NCBI GenBank assembly: GCA_013265495.1
Contig: MU060042.1
Span: 5,266,258 to 5,330,257, forward strand
Length of the DNA: 64,000 bases
DNA from: Vicugna vicugna
Taxonomy: Eukaryota
Direction: 5' to 3'
Position 1 is the stretch's first letter. Each line of letters starts with the position of its first letter. The notes below the pieces were generated by a model that searched no databases, was not told where the DNA came from, and saw nothing but the letters and a program-made list of their open reading frames with translations. Of this stretch, positions 11,151 through 24,260 are shown in pieces. A program made the position numbers and the translations under genes.

Positions 11151-13654
11151 GTCTTTATAATACATACGACCTCTGCCTTGTAGTACGGACCTGAGGGTAC
11201 ATGTTTCTTCCACACCAGAATATAAGCGCCTCCCAGGTGAGAGTTAGTTGTACTAGGCTGAAAGTGTCCGAAATTGCACCAGTAAACTGAAAGTCCGTAT
11301 TCGTGCCTTGGCTTGAATTGAATTCAGTGAAATTGAATGATTTCACCTGCCTGTGGACATCACCGGATACAAAAAAGGACTAAAAATGTCATGACGCGGA
11401 GACAGCCAGGACCAATTATCATCTGAGACCCCACACCAAGTATAGGACAGAAAGTAAGAAGTTAGACTTTATGAAATGGAAACGCACCAGTCATTGAATC
11501 AATGTGTTTGGCTCAAATCCATCGTAAAAAAAGTGTTAATTCATTTTTATATGATGTATGTCACAGATTCAGAAATTCACATCAATCGGTTTAAACGTTA
11601 TCCTTGCAGAATTCTCTCTGAAAAGTAGCGGAGTAACCCATCGGGCTGTGCGGCAGCCTTCTCCCCACGGAATCGCCTGCAGACACGCTGACTGCTCCAC
11701 GCGCTCATCCACGTCCACGTTCAAAGACCTGAGAAAGTGGGTGTGGTCGTCTCACCCTCAGACACACTTACCGACGCTCTTCCGAAGTACCACTTGCTAG
11801 TGACTTTGCTGCATTTACTTTGAAGTTATCATTTATGCACTTACCAGTTCACTGTGTTTTGAAGAAAAGCCGGCCCTAACTGCCATGTCAACTTTGCATT
11901 TGAAAACTCCCTTTCGGAAAAAGGCGACGACGCTAACTTTAGGAAACCAGCTCCGTCGGTGCAGCCTGGAGGCAGACCTCGTAAGGCGCTCCGCGACGCG
12001 GGTCTGGGGCTCAGCCGGGAGAAGGGCCTCCGGGCAGGTGCAGCGCGACTGGAGCTCCCCTGAAACCCGAGCTCCCACATCCGCCTCTGAGGGAACATGT
12101 GGACCAGAGAGGGGAGCCTGACGGCCAGCGAGGGATGTGGAGCGTCGGGGGGAGACCAGGTGCCGTGGGGCTGACCCTGTCACCCCGAGCCCCTTGGAAT
12201 GCACAGGACCCCACCCCACGCCCGGCTGCACCGCCCTCCACGAACCCCAAACAATTCGGTCACAGCGAGAGGGGCCCATAGCCAAGTTCCATCTTCAGAT
12301 CAAACTGTTTACATGATGCAAGTGTAAACACACAGGCTAACTGCAGTCCTGCTGACACGATCCACCAGGAGCTTATTATTACTGTTACCAACACGCGCAC
12401 ACTCGAAATTCAACCACAAAAGGAGGCATAGTAAAGCGTGTACCCAGTAATAAGAGGGGAGAAGGGAAAATGAGACGCGTCGCTTGGGCCGAACAAGCAG
12501 CCGCTACCCATGTAACTGGTGAGGGCTGCGAAGTCACCTCCTGTTGTAAATTAGCCCTCCGCCAGCTTCCCATCAATCACACGACTTCTTCAGAATCGCC
12601 CCTAGCCCGGTTTTCCCCTGGCGAATGCCGTCTCAACCACATTTTTTCCATCACGCTCCTAAGACAGCACATGGCAAGTCCCAAAGGGCACTGAAATATG
12701 TATTTGATACCAAAACTTCCAGTTTCCGTTCTGCTTCTGCTTCTCTGTTCCCCTGCTGGTCCCGGAGCCACTCAACCACCCACAGAATCGTGAAGATTTC
12801 ATGCTCTCAGTGACATCACATCCACAACGCTCACTTCGAAGAGCTTCAAGCTGCACGGTTTGCCCAGAGCCACCCGGCTGGTGGGGGGACAGTCAGGACC
12901 CAGGCCAGGGTCCCTTCCGCTCGCTGGGGGGCTGCACCCGCACGGGGCAGAGACTGACCTGTGTCCCGGAGGCACGGACGACGCTCACCACCAGGAAGCA
13001 CGAGTGAGCCAGACAGGCCCTCTTGCCTGCACCTTGTTAAAGGAACTGGGCATAAAGCGTCTGCAGGACTCAGAGGCGCCATCGACGATGCGCCAGCAGA
13101 AGAAGGCGCAGACCTGTTACGCTGAGCCTGGAAGCCCTGCCTCGGCTCTGATGCGACTCACTCGCTTGCCTTTGGGCAAACAAGCTGCTAATGTCCCCCC
13201 AATCTCTGACAGCGTCTCACGGTCCTACAGGGAGCAATACACGCGTTTCCACTTGGCAATGAGTTTCTCCAAATATGGTTTAGTGTCAAAGACTGTTCTC
13301 ACTTCCTTCTTTCTTCTTTTTTGGAGAGAGATGGCTATCCTATGGACTTCTCAGAGACAAAAGCCACTGTGCTCACTGACCTGTGCCTGCACTGTAGGAC
13401 CTCTGCCGCCTAAGGTTTTCCTAGCTTTTAACTTACAGTGAAAATAACATGAAACACAATCGGGGCCTCCCTGATAAACAGGAGAAGGAACGTCATTCAT
13501 TCACGCGTCGTGTTCAGTTCCCAGGACCCTGCCTTGTTCTGATCTCGAATGAATACATCGCAGTGGAAAGAGGCATCGGTTAGCATATGAGGGCCATTTT
13601 GCCATCAGAGCTCACTGCATGTCCACTTTCAAAAAACACAGTGTACAGTCTGTA

Positions 13655-13935
13655 CAAACTCACAGATGTAGAAAACTAACTTCTGGTTTCCAAGCAGGAA
13701 GCTGGGGAGGGATAATTGGGAGTTTGGGATTGGCAGGTGCAAACTACTGTGTACAGAATAGATGAACAACAAGGGCCTGCTGTCCAGCACAGGGAACTAC
13801 ATCCAATATCTTGTAATAGCCTAAAACGGAAAAGAATCTGAAAAAGAATGTATATGCTTATAACCGACTCACTCTGCTACACACCAGAAATTAACACAGC
13901 ATTGTAACCAACGACACTTCAATTTAAAAAAATAA
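13655..13935 (+). mobile_element. 5'-truncated L1 3' end (Cetartiodactyla-type)
   Basis: aaactcacagatgtagaaaactaac...gaacaacaagggcctgctgtccagcacagggaactacatccaatatcttgtaat...acttcaatttaaaaaaataaaat (A-tail). Confidence 0.9.
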
Positions 13936-16511
13936 AATGCACACTTTTGTTAAGATACGTTTTTTAATGTAGCCCTCAGTAGCATCTCTTTTGTTGTGGT
14001 TTTGATGTATTTGGAGTAAAGTCTTGATTGGACAACCAAAAGTTGAAACAGTCAGTTCACACAGTGAAAAAAAACCCTGCGATCTGAAGGTGATTGTAAA
14101 ATCCCCTTAAGGAATGGTTCTCTGACTGAGAAATGTTCATTTGGAGATTTCAAAACATTTCGCGAATGAATGGTCAGAGTGCCTTCCAGGACCTTTTAAT
14201 CCCCAAAATGCTGTTTTAAGTAGGAAACCTGTATTTCTGCCCCTGCTGACACCTTCTCACGCTGGACGGCAGCATCCTCTGGAGATAAATGACACGTTCT
14301 AACGACATAAACCTTATAAAATCACTTCATATTAACAGGGAACATAGGATTAGCTTAAAAAATGCCTCATTCTCTCATTTAGAAAAGGATGGATCTGTTA
14401 TTTGAAAAAGTGAAATAGTTTGTCTGTGGTGGTGGATGCAGGTAGCAGATGCACATGCAGTAACGCCTCTCGTGACTCAGATGAACTGCAGTGAAGGCGT
14501 CTGGGGAACGCGAGGTGACAGAGACAGGAAGTGACAGAGGCCGTCGGTGTCCGTGACGCGCGTGGACAACTGCAGAATCCATTCCAAGGCTGTTGATTGG
14601 TGTCATCCTCGTCAGAGTGGCCCCAGCTCAACGCTCAGCCGCACAGACGCCTTTCCTTCTATTGATAGAAGTGAGAAACGAGGTGCTTTTGGCACTGTTA
14701 AAAGATCTTAAATCCGACCACATCACCTCTTTGAAGTGTTTCTCTGTTTCTCTGGGCCTGACCCAGGCAGCACAATTGGCGGGGATGTGGAACATCCGGT
14801 CAAAAGCCTCATTTACGGCCGAGAGGCAGGCGGCTGTGGGCGCGGAACCTGATGATGGCCGGACTACGTGGTGGCAGAATCCGGTACAGCCAAGAGGGTC
14901 TGACCTGCAGGCTGTGTCTGTTCCAGGCCGCCCCGACCCCATCACAGGAAGGGAAACGGGGAAGTTTTTCCTCCAGTGTATCTTTTTTCATACAAATCAC
15001 AGAGTTGTAATCTATTATTGAGCAAGAGGGGGTGGAATGAACTTCTGAAAAACACGCAGCAGGTTGAAAGGACTGGTGGAACAGAAGCCCACCTCCATCC
15101 ATCAAACGGCCTGTTGGGCAACAATGGGCCCAAACAGTTCAGGTGCTGTAAATACCACCGTAAAATTAGCTAATTCAAGCATCACGGACCCCACCTTCCC
15201 GGCGCCATTTACTGGGTGGCTTTTTTGATGGGGTTTCTGCGGACGGCGATGATTTGCTGCGGCCCTGTGATGTTTACGGGCCCAATAAAGGGAAGGTTCT
15301 AAAAAGATTATAGGCACTGAAAAAGGAAATATAACCTCTGCTTTGGGAGAGTGGAGAGAAATGGGCTCAACATTTTTGGAATTTCTTGCCTGCCTTGAAG
15401 AGGTGATGATACCCCAGAGCCTTTCCTGGTGGTTTTATGTCCCCACAAAAGTCTTCAAAGGGTGGAATAAAAACTCCAGATATAAAATGAACGTCTTCCG
15501 TTTTCCCCAGGACCCTGATGCGCCTTGTCAGGGCCAGCTCCGTGACGAAGGGCCCTTCTCCAGGAAGACTGGGGCTCTGAGCGGACGCAGCCTGACCGTC
15601 GGCCGTGGGTGTCTCTGTAGAAGCACCAGGAGCCTCCTTACTTTTAAAACATTCTCTGCGGTTGTGAACAGGCTCATGAGAGTCACACAGAGGTGTCACT
15701 GATGCCCGGATTCGTCCCGACTCTCCGGCCCGCAGGGGTCGGAGCAGGGGTTTGGAGACACTTCTGCCCGTGTGGTGATCCAGCCACACCCAGCCCCAGC
15801 CTGGTTAACGCCCGGCGAGCGGCCTTCGCTCTGGGCAGGTATTTCAGAAAGTTCCTTCCTGGGCTTCGTTAGGAGACAATTTAAGAAGCTAACTGTGCCA
15901 GTAGTTGTGATTGGGCAGTTTGGCTTTGGTTTGTTTCATTTATATTTTTTCATTTTTTTATTCACTGAGGCACAGGCAGTTTACGGCGCTGCGTCAGTTT
16001 CTGGGGCGCAGCGTCACGTACGTGCACGTGCATTCCTTTCCATACTCTTTCTCACGATGGGCTGCTACAAGGTGTTGAACACGTTTCCCTGCACTCTGCA
16101 GAAGAGGTTCGTTGTTTATCTATCTTACGTACAGCAGTCAGCAGGTTTGTTTCAAGGGAGCTCCCTGGTTGAGCTCTGTCCCAGTTTCCCACATCAGATT
16201 CTGCCCTGACATTGGAACAAAAGGTGGGGTTCCCCTATGCCTTGGAAAGGAGTCTAAATTTACACAACTCTTTCCCAAATAACATTGACTTGTTCTGCCC
16301 CCAGACAGACAGTCAGCTGGCCCCACTTTTATGTACCCCCGTGCTCCCAATTTAAGCAGAGCTCAGCGCTTAGTGGGGCCACGTGAGCGCGCGGCTGCGC
16401 GTCGCTTGCCAAGCACCGCCCGCGCCCGCCTCCCTGCACCGCTGCGTCTCTACGTACATCTCCTTTCCACGTGAGTGCAGTCGTGCAAACAGGAAGCATC
16501 TATGCTTTTAG

Positions 16512-16790
16512 AAAACTAACTCTGGTTACCAAGAGGGAGCGGGGAGAGGGATAAATCAGGAGTTTGGGGTGAGCAGGTACACACTGCTGTGCATAAAACA
16601 GATGAACAATGAGGACCTACTACAGAGCACAGGGAACCATATTCAGTTTCTGGTAATAACATATAATGGGAAAGACTCTGAAAATGTATGTGCACATATA
16701 TGTATGTATACATATAACTGAATCGCTTTGCTGTACATCTGAAACTAGCATTATAGATCAACCCCATTTCAATAAAAAAAAATAAAAAAG
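16512..16790 (+). mobile_element. 5'-truncated L1 3' end
   Basis: gataaatcaggagtttgggg...gaacaatgaggacctactacagagcacagggaac...actgaatcgctttgctgtacatctgaaac, then an A-rich tail. Confidence 0.9.
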
Positions 16791-19099
16791 GGAAAGATCT
16801 TGTTAAAATAAGACCAAAAAAGCTCCTTCACTAAGTAAAAAAAAAAAATGCCAGTTCTAAGTGGCACGTTGGTGTGTCCCAGCTTAGTTAGCAGGACTAC
16901 TTCTCTTACTGAAGCTGCACGAAGCGCTGGCAGAGCTTACAACGCACGGCGAGCCACGTTTGAGGAAACAGGATGCGTCTTCTGGATTGAGCTGTTCACA
17001 CGTGCTGTAGCCTGCAAGTAACCCTACTGTCTAGTTAGAACTTTCCCTTTTAACATTTTAACTTCGCTCACTCTGCGGGTCACAGAATGACACCCCAAGA
17101 TCGTTCAGGCTCATAGTTGCCCTTGTAAATTTATTCGTAAACCTCTGTCCAGTGAGATCAGACAGGAATGGCGGAAAGAGGGGAATCCACGTCCGCGACG
17201 CTGGCGCGGGGAAGGACCACGGCCGCACACAGCTGCACGCGGGACGCACGGTGTCTGCATGCCTGCGCCTGCTGCTCCTCCAGCCTGGGCTTTTCGCTGC
17301 CCTTTCACGGGTTAGGGGGCTGTCCTCCTACTGTCCTGGGCTGTCCTCCACCTGGAGGGAGTCCCTGGGAACGAGCCGCAGAAGTCACCGCAGGAGGAGG
17401 AACAAGGTGTGTCCTGAGCCTGGAAGGCACAGCCCCAGCGAGGGGGGCGCGGAGGACAGCCTGCCGAGGACCTGGACCCGACCCGGTCAATGGGGGGCTG
17501 TCGTGATCAGAAGAAGGAAAAGGGCTGGAGATTCAGGGGCATCTCTGCCTTCAACAGTTTAGTGAGAGAAAAAGCCCTCCCAGCTCTTTCTGCGCCGTTC
17601 CTGGGGAGACTTCCCCGGGTCTTCGCCTGCTGGTGCCTTCCCAGTTTGGGCAGGGTGACTTCTGTCTGTTGTTTCTATGCAAACTGTCGACGCCCTGACT
17701 CGTGACTTCCAGAGAGTGAGGCCTCCGGCCTCCACAGGGAACCACCTGTGGACCCTTCTCTGTTCAGAACCTTATCTGTTGTCACAGTTGATAATCTCTA
17801 AGAATGCCCTAATTTCTGCCATCCTCTAAGCCTGTCATCACGGCTGAGACAGACTCATCCCTCTGAACAGATGAGATTAGTCGATCATGTTAAAGTCAAA
17901 GGGGGATTACAAAGCTTGTAATACACTGAGTCAAATTAAATGCGCTGTGTTCGTACATCAGAAGGCGCGTCGCTGCGGCGAGAGCATCTTCCACTGGGTA
18001 TAACCAATCGCCAATAAAGCATAAGCATGTAGGGAAAACCCTCAAGCGAAGAGGAGGAAAAGTAAAGACGGTCGTTGGCTTTTTTTCCTTATCTGTTCAG
18101 CCTAGTAAATGAGATTCTTAACTCCATGGGTGCCTCTCATTTCTAATACCCAGTGGGGACAGAAGCACAGGAGAGCTCTGTTCTGAGCAGCTGGTTCCAA
18201 CATCCCGTCTGATGGAACTTCTGAGTTAGCACCTGGTCTGTAAGGAGCCCTCGTCTGGAAACCCTGGTCATTAGGAGAACTTAGGCAAGTGTCCGGAGAC
18301 ACCTGGGCCCGCAAACAGAGTGACAGAGGGACAGAGCGTAGCCCCAAGACTTGCCTCCCCCCTCTTCTGGTCTCCTAGCCTCCCTGTCTCCTGAACACTT
18401 TGGACAAGAGAAAATCCTGTGAAGAATTTCCCAGGAAGTCAGACAGCCCAGGAGGTGTCAACAGACAGACAGGGAGACACTGAGTGTCCACAGGGCCGTC
18501 GCTGGATGGCGATCCTAGACACCCATGAGCACTGGCCAAGCGACAGGAGCTCTGAAAGGGCACCCATCAGCCGCTGCGCAGCTGCGTCCTTCCCGCGGGA
18601 GCAGGTGGGAGGCGCCGGGCTGCACGGCCCTTCTGGGCCCCCACCCTGCCCTGGCCTTTCACGCGAAACGGAGCCCGGGGTCCTTCTCTAGGACGACCGC
18701 TCCCCAGGCCCGGACGGGCGGCTGCATCGTCTGCTAATCCTTCCCTGTGTCGTTGCCGCCTGCGCAGGGTCACACCCTCCTAGAAGCAACGTGGCACAGC
18801 ATGGTGACGTAGAATGGCAGCTCCTCTGACGCAGGGAGAGAGGGACGTCCGCTGTGCGGCGGCAGCAGGGTTCTCCTTCCCACTGGGAACCTCTGCTGTG
18901 CCGGAAAGGGGTGGAAATCTCGGGGGAACTGCGGGAAGCGAACAGCCGAATTAGGGCTCCGCTCCCACCTGCACACTAGGAAGCTGGAAAGAGCACCCCT
19001 CCCACCCTTGCCACAGGAGCAAAGCTGGGAGGTCTGCAAACTTACAGCTTCCCTTTGAATCCAGATGAGCGAACGCTGTCAACGGCCGTCGACCAACTC

Positions 19100-21570
19100 G
19101 CAATCCAAAGGGGGAAAGAGGGGCACACTCATGGACGTGTCCGGACAGACGCAACCAGACACAGGTGAGAAGAACTCAGGAAAACTTCCGACTGAGCAGC
19201 TGAGGCTGAGTGTTGGGTGGTGGGAGAACAGGGGAGGGGACCCGACACAGGGCACTGGGCACCGGGCGTCTGTCCACAGACTCTCCTCCACGCGGTCCAC
19301 TGGTGCTCAGAGAGGAGGCTGGGGCGTTCCTGACACGCATCTAGGACGGAGAACCAGCGTCCACTCCGGGAAAGGCACCCAGCACCGCCAGGACCCTGTC
19401 CGCCCATCTCCCCCATGGATCGAAGCTCCACCCCCAAGGGGAGCAGCAAACACTGTCACCCTTGGAGAACTGGTAGCCCCTGCAGACGGGACAGACAGCA
19501 CAAAAAGACCCACCCCATTTAAGGCAGAAACAGTAGCAGTAAAAGGTATATATTTGTGCCACGTGTAGAAGTGAAACCTATTTTAAAACAGCACAAATGA
19601 CTGACAGCAGGAATCCAGGGTCTGGTGGGGTCAAGTCCACATCTTACATCCCAGCAGGAATCTGTTACTGAAGGCAGATTCTGATTGGCCAGTGACGCTC
19701 ACTGTAAACACTAGAGCAAAGAACAGGAACATGAGAGGACGCGCAATAGTAACCCAATGGTGAAGATAAAGCGAAACGATAAAAATTAATCCAAATGAAA
19801 GCAGAACAAATGGAAAAAAAGGAACAACGATTGGCCGAACCACAGAGAAACAGCCAGGGAGATGGCGGACTGTGTCCAGCTACGTCACAGACACTGAAAG
19901 TTAAAGCAGTCTAAACCTGTCAATTAACAGCAAGGGGACATCGCGTCGGACGAAAGGCAAGACCCGACCACAGGCTGTCTACGAGAAAGCCACTCGAGTA
20001 TGAAGACGAAGATGGGTTAAAAATAAAAGGGGGGAGGTCACACCACGGGCGACACCAATAGAAGGAAAGCTGGGGCCGCCGTGTTAACGTGAGACAGGGC
20101 AGGCTTCAGAACAGGAGCATCACCGTGGGCGGGGGGTGTGACCGTGAGGGGGCAGTTCTCCAGCAAGATGCACTGAAGTCCTAACCATTTATAAAAATAA
20201 GAATAGAGCGTCCAAATCCTTGAGGCAAAAACTGGTGCAACTCCAATGAGAAGTAGGTAAATCCACAGTCGTGCTGTGGGCATCGAGGCTCCTCTCTCGG
20301 GGATGGAAACCGACCTCGCCCATCAGCCACGCGGAAGGGCCGCACGGCCTCCCTCCCACCAGCGGGGTGGGACTGACGCTCCTGGAGCAGCCCCCACCCC
20401 CAGCAGGACACCTGTCCTTCTCAGGTGCCTACGTCTGCCACGATAGACCATTTGCTGGCCTGTCCAACAAGCCTTGACTATTTTTTAAAGAATTTAAATC
20501 ATACAAAGTATGCTCTTTGACCACAATATAAATTATAAATCAGTAACATAATGATCTCTGGAAAAGGCTGAAATGTTTCTGAATAACCCATAGGTTAAAG
20601 AAGAAATCAAAAGAAAAACTAGAACTTATTTTCCTCTAAATGAACCTTACAACACGACCAAGGAGTTTCTTTGGGAAAAACTGATAGCCAAGTAGACTTA
20701 TATTAGAAAAGAATGAACTTCTCAAACCAATAACCTCAGTTTCCACTTTAAGAAATTAGAAAAAAAGAGAAGCAAACAAAACATGAAGTCAACAGAACAA
20801 CAGAATTAATAAAGAACAGCACGAAAAATAATAAAGTAGAAACAGAAAAACAGGAAAGAAAATCAGAAGAACGAAAAACTGTTTCTTCGAGAAGATCACA
20901 AAAATCGCTAAACCTCCACACAGATTGGGGGAAGAAAGAGACAGGCACAAATGACCACAATCATGAGTTACAGAGGTGACATCACTACAGATCCTGGTCA
21001 CCAAATAAACAGGGAGACACTGTAAATATGTCTATACCAGTAATTTTGACAACTGAGGCGAAATGGGTGGTTTCCTTGAAGGACAGGCACCCAATGCAAG
21101 GAGAAAACATGGAATGGCTAAGCTGAGTACTTCTCCATCTATTTAAAAATTGAATTATAGTTTACAACCTTCCCCTCAAAAATTTCAGGCTCAGGTGGAT
21201 GCACTGATGAATTTCACTAAACACTTAAGGAATAAATGACACCGATTTGAGACAAACTCTTCCAGAAAATTGAAGAGCAAGGAGTATTTCTGTACACAAT
21301 ATTTTGTACACAAACGAGTGTCACCCAGATACCAAAATCAGACCAAAACAATGCGAGGAAACTGCAGACCAGTACTTCTAACGAATACAGCTGTGAAAAC
21401 TCTAAATAAAATCTCTGAAAATTGAGTCAGTCCAGCAGGTTTTAAAAACGGACGGTAACAGAGCGCGACCCGAGCTGAGTCCGAGAACACACGTTTGCTT
21501 TTACGTTCGAAGCGCAGTCAACGTAACTCGCCCTATTAGCAAACGAAAACCACTGTGGCCCGCTCCAAAG
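19100..21570 (+). mobile_element. Old L1M fragment spanning ORF1 end, inter-ORF, ORF2 endonuclease and start of RT (non-coding remnant)
   Basis: aagacccgaccacaggctgtctacgagaaag, gatagaccatttgctggcc, gaataacccataggttaaagaagaaatc, aggctcaggtggatgcactgatgaattt and aactcttccagaaaattgaagag occur in ORF2 order with many stops and frameshifts; the 5' boundary is uncertain. Confidence 0.85.
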
Positions 21571-21652
21571 AGTCCAGACGTCAAATCCTGTCGGAAGGGG
21601 AGCTTCCTCAAACTGCCCAAGGGCGTCCCAGAGCCCCTCCAGCTGCCGTGCT

Positions 21653-21708
21653 CTCGGGGGTGGAGGGCTGTTTGTCTGCCGCCCTCGGGGGTGGGGGCTG
21701 TTTGTCTG
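21653..21708. repeat. Tandem duplication, about 31-bp unit x2
   Basis: ctcgggggtggagggctgtttgtctgccgcc / ctcgggggtgggggctgtttgtctg. Confidence 0.85.
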
Positions 21709-23749
21709 TCTGTGCCTTGGCCCAGGGAGGCTCCCAGAGGGCTCCCCCACGTGGAGGGGCATCGCGGTGACTGATCCGGGGCATTTCCTGTGACATCTGC
21801 TTTTACGTTGGGCCGGACACAGCAACCAACCAGCTTCTGCTGATGAATGGCGACCGCGTCCGTGTCCTCGCCTTGCAGAAGAGGTCTGACTGGTTTATTT
21901 TTTTAACCGAATCCATCAGGACCATTAGCACATCAAAACCATGTTTAAAGCAGATGTAATTTGCCTTTAGAACGGGAGGGTAACATCACCATTGCAGATG
22001 CTGCTAAACCGGACCAGACACGTCTTGATGGGCTAAGAACTCCTAAGGGCGGACAGACTAACAGCCAAGTAAACAACTGAAAAGACACTTTGCAACAGCG
22101 GGGAGAGCGTGCGCTTTTGTGTGACAGTCCCACCCTCTCTGCGACAGCGTTCTCATTTTCAAAGTGAGATTTGAAAAAAAAAAAAAAAGCCATCAGGGCT
22201 CCCAGGGATGTGTGCGGAATTCTCAGCAAACGAGCCCCAGCAGACCCCCGAGGCTGCTGACAGACGCTCTCTGGCTTGCCCTGTGCCCGGCTGTGGGACG
22301 CAGGCTGAGCCCCGTCGGAGGCAGCACGAGTACACAGCTTACATCTTAAAAATAAACACACTGGAAATCGCGGTTCACCTTACAAAGCGGATGTTTAGAA
22401 GCAGCTTGGATTATTGAGCATCAGTTGAGTCACAGTTTAATTCCAGGGGAACATAAATCCCATCAAAAGAGTTCTTACTCTTAATATCACTTTGAAAACT
22501 GCGTGCTCCATTGGCACTTAGCAAATCTGTTTTAGAGGCCAAGCTATGTTAAAATTTGCAAACACTGAGTTCAAGGCAGGAGCCCAGAGTGTTGTCCTCG
22601 ATACAGAACCAGCAGACAGCGGTGGTGTCAGCAGAGAGCGTCCTCACAAGTCTCCTCGGATGTCGCTCCTCCGTGCAGACGAGGGGTGGAGGCACCAAGG
22701 CCCACGCTCTGCATTCCTCTGGGACGTGGTTGCTATTTTGGTAATTTCAGGCTGATTGGAAAATAACGCTTTAGATACAGCTTTGAATTCGAGCTCCATT
22801 TAATCCATCCAACATGCAGTTTACACACGTGTGTTAGCCGCAACATATGATGTCTAGGGCATATCCTGTTAAATTGTAAGAGATTCATAATTTCAAATTC
22901 TCAAGTATGAACTTTGTTCCAGACATAACAGCAGCTTGGCAGGCAGTGTGGATGAGCTCATTAATTTATGCCCTAAACTGACCCTAAAAGTGGCCTCTCT
23001 TTGGTCTGCAAGGGCCTTTCTCTGACTGCTTGATCGGGACATGCAGTGGAATATTATTCAGCCATAAAAGAAAAGGAAGTCCTGCCGGGGTGTGCCAGGG
23101 CAACCTGGGCTGTCTAGCACGATCCCAGTGCAGGCTAAGGTGTGTGCACATGTGTGTGTGTGTGCACCTCGGGGGAGGCGGACAGAGGGAACAGCTAGAA
23201 TGATGCTGGGACAAGTCAAGAGAGGGGACTTTGAACAGCAGATTTAGCAGTATGGGATTTTTTTTCATTAAAGAATGGAGTGTATTCAAAAGATTTTGAG
23301 CAGGTGGGTCTTTGAAAGGGTGGGCAAGACAGGTGTTCTTCACCCGCCTGCCTGGGGTCCTGGCCTGGGTCGAGCAGCTGTGCCTCTGTGACTCTGGATG
23401 AGTTGCGTGGGGCTCAGTTTCCTGAGGCCCAACCTGCGGACCCGATGGCATCTCCCCCTGGAGCAGTGGGATGCGGGGGTAAACATCTGGGGGCAAAATG
23501 GAGGGAGAGATTACAGAACGTGATGGCCAACTGGGTGCAGAGGTAAAGGGGCGAAGGCTTTCTGGAAAGTTGCAAAGACTGAGCCTGAGGAATTAGCAGG
23601 AGTCCATCCCCTCCTGGAAAGTAAGGGAATCGGGAAAGGCTGGGATGGAGACGGGCCTCCGGGGAGCTCTGGGGTGGCCTTTGCTGGAGCCAGCGAGCCA
23701 GGAGTAGAAACTGACGCTTGCAAACCTTAAAGTCGTAAAGTTGATTTAA

Positions 23750-23930
23750 TTTTATTTTTTTATTGAAGCGTAGTTGATTCACGTTAGTTTCAGGTGCACA
23801 GCAAAGCGATCAGTTATGCATGTACATACACAGATAGCTATTCTTTTTCATGTCCTTTTCCATTATAGGCCATTACAAGAAATTGAGTCTATTTCCCTGT
23901 GCTCTGCAGTAGGTCCTTGTTGTCTGTCAG
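23750..23930 (-). mobile_element. L1 3' end, antisense
   Basis: ttttattgaagcgtagttgatt...ttcaggtgcacagcaaagcgatcag...ccctgtgctctgcagtaggtccttgttg. Confidence 0.9.
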
Positions 23931-24129
23931 AGTCACGCAGTTTCTGATCCGAGTCTCCGTCGTTGCTCCCAACGCTGCCTTCGGAGTTTAGCAGAGACGG
24001 CTCGAGCTCAGAGGCCGGCCCGCCCCTCCCAGGGCTGGGGTGCGGTGCGTCCCAGGTAGCACAATCCACTTTTGCCATGAACGTGGGCAGAACCAGGCCT
24101 TCCGGGTCAGGGCCCTGGAGCGACTGAGG

Positions 24130-24260
24130 ACGCTGTAAATGCTCCCTGCGCACTTTGCCTTCTTCAGCAGCGTTTGAGGAAGTTGGTGAGGGCACGTCCC
24201 ATTTTACAGAGAGAAAAACAGAAGCCAGAGTCCCTAATGCACACAGAAATCCACAGACCA
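24130..24260 (-). mobile_element. MIR fragment
   Basis: cccattttacagagagaaaaacagaagccagag matches the antisense MIR core. Confidence 0.6.

Noticed and set aside
19860-21560. L1 ORF2 endonuclease/RT as a coding gene
   Set aside because: Many stops and frameshifts; a dead ancient retrotransposon
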